Notes under the pieces: model-generated
Told to the model about the DNA's origin: nothing
Databases searched by the model: none
The model's input: only the letters and a program-made list of their open reading frames with translations
In this document: positions 31,590 to 32,000 of the stretch, one piece after another
Numbering within the stretch: position 1 is the stretch's first letter
Layout: each line of letters opens with the position of its first letter
Origin: Microcystis aeruginosa NIES-843
GTDB lineage: Bacteria; Cyanobacteriota; Cyanobacteriia; Cyanobacteriales; Microcystaceae
Length of the DNA stretch: 32,000 nt
Reading direction: 5' to 3'
Assembly: GCF_000010625.1 (NCBI RefSeq)
Contig: NC_010296.1
Location: 5,250,001 to 5,282,000, forward strand
Made by a program: the position numbers and the translations under genes

Positions 31590-32000
31590 CTACTTTTTAA
31601 TCATGTCCTCATAGCGTTGAGACATGACATAGGTTTGAATTTGTTTCGCAGTATCGATCGCCACCCCCACCAGAATTAACAGGGAAGTTGCCCCCAAACC
31701 GCGAAAAGTGGTGACACCGGTGGCGCTTTCTACTACAGTCGGCACAGTAGCCACCAAACTTAAAAAGAGAGCGCCCAAAAGGGTGAGACGATTCAGCACC
31801 CCTTCCAGATAATTAGTAGTAGCGGTTCCTGGTCGAATCCCCGGAATACTGGCCCCCATTTTTTTCAGGTTTTGGGACATATCCTTGGGGTTAACGATCA
31901 GGGAAGCGTAGAAGAAACTAAAACCGAGAATTAGTAAGCTATAAAAAGCCACATAACCCCAACTATCGGGACGCAGAGCATTAACCAACTGAACTAAAAC
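31590..32000 (-). CDS. secY: Preprotein translocase subunit SecY, C-terminal part; 5' end outside the window
   Basis: ...NLKKMGASIPGIRPGTATTNYL...LLILVGVAIDTAKQIQTY is the canonical SecY C-terminus. The frame stays open to the window edge. Confidence 0.95.
   Translation of the reverse strand, partial: VLVQLVNALRPDSWGYVAFYSLLILGFSFFYASLIVNPKDMSQNLKKMGASIPGIRPGTATTNYLEGVLNRLTLLGALFLSLVATVPTVVESATGVTTFRGLGATSLLILVGVAIDTAKQIQTYVMSQRYEDMIKK

Overview
Cyanobacterial chromosome segment. Evidence: HIP1 GCGATCGC palindromes (e.g. 566-573, 13815-13822), a clpR-clpP pair, an efp-accB pair, secY-adk, many MITEs and heptamer repeats. A Microcystis-like genome is my inference only. Ordinary housekeeping genes (cobT-like, qor, accB, efp, tauE, lipid kinase, amino-acid ABC binding protein, cobQ, ferredoxins, response regulator, clpP/clpR, adk, secY) surround two accessory blocks. 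Block 1 (3.3-16.7 kb) is a type I R-M operon, hsdM-MNT-MNT-hsdS-hsdR. Its hsdM/hsdS junction holds two orphan nucleotidyltransferase (MNT) genes, MITEs and four relic copies of the hsdM 3' end. Directly downstream of hsdR are five head-to-tail, near-identical Rpn/DUF2887-type PD-(D/E)XK nuclease genes. One is split by an IS. They differ mainly in the copy number of an in-frame 12-bp repeat (GIEQ linker). The whole 5.8-kb array is bracketed by 52-bp direct repeats that duplicate the former convergent hsdR/tauE stop-codon overlap. Each copy also has an internal SD+ATG that could yield a small C-terminal protein. Block 2 (27.4-30.9 kb) is an AT-rich 744-aa single-polypeptide fusion of an HsdR-N-like nuclease domain with a permuted DPPY DNA methyltransferase. 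It is bracketed by two inverted copies of a ~100-bp MITE and lies between clpR and adk. No CRISPR array, rRNA or convincing tRNA was seen. All family assignments come from motif recognition by eye, not from searches.
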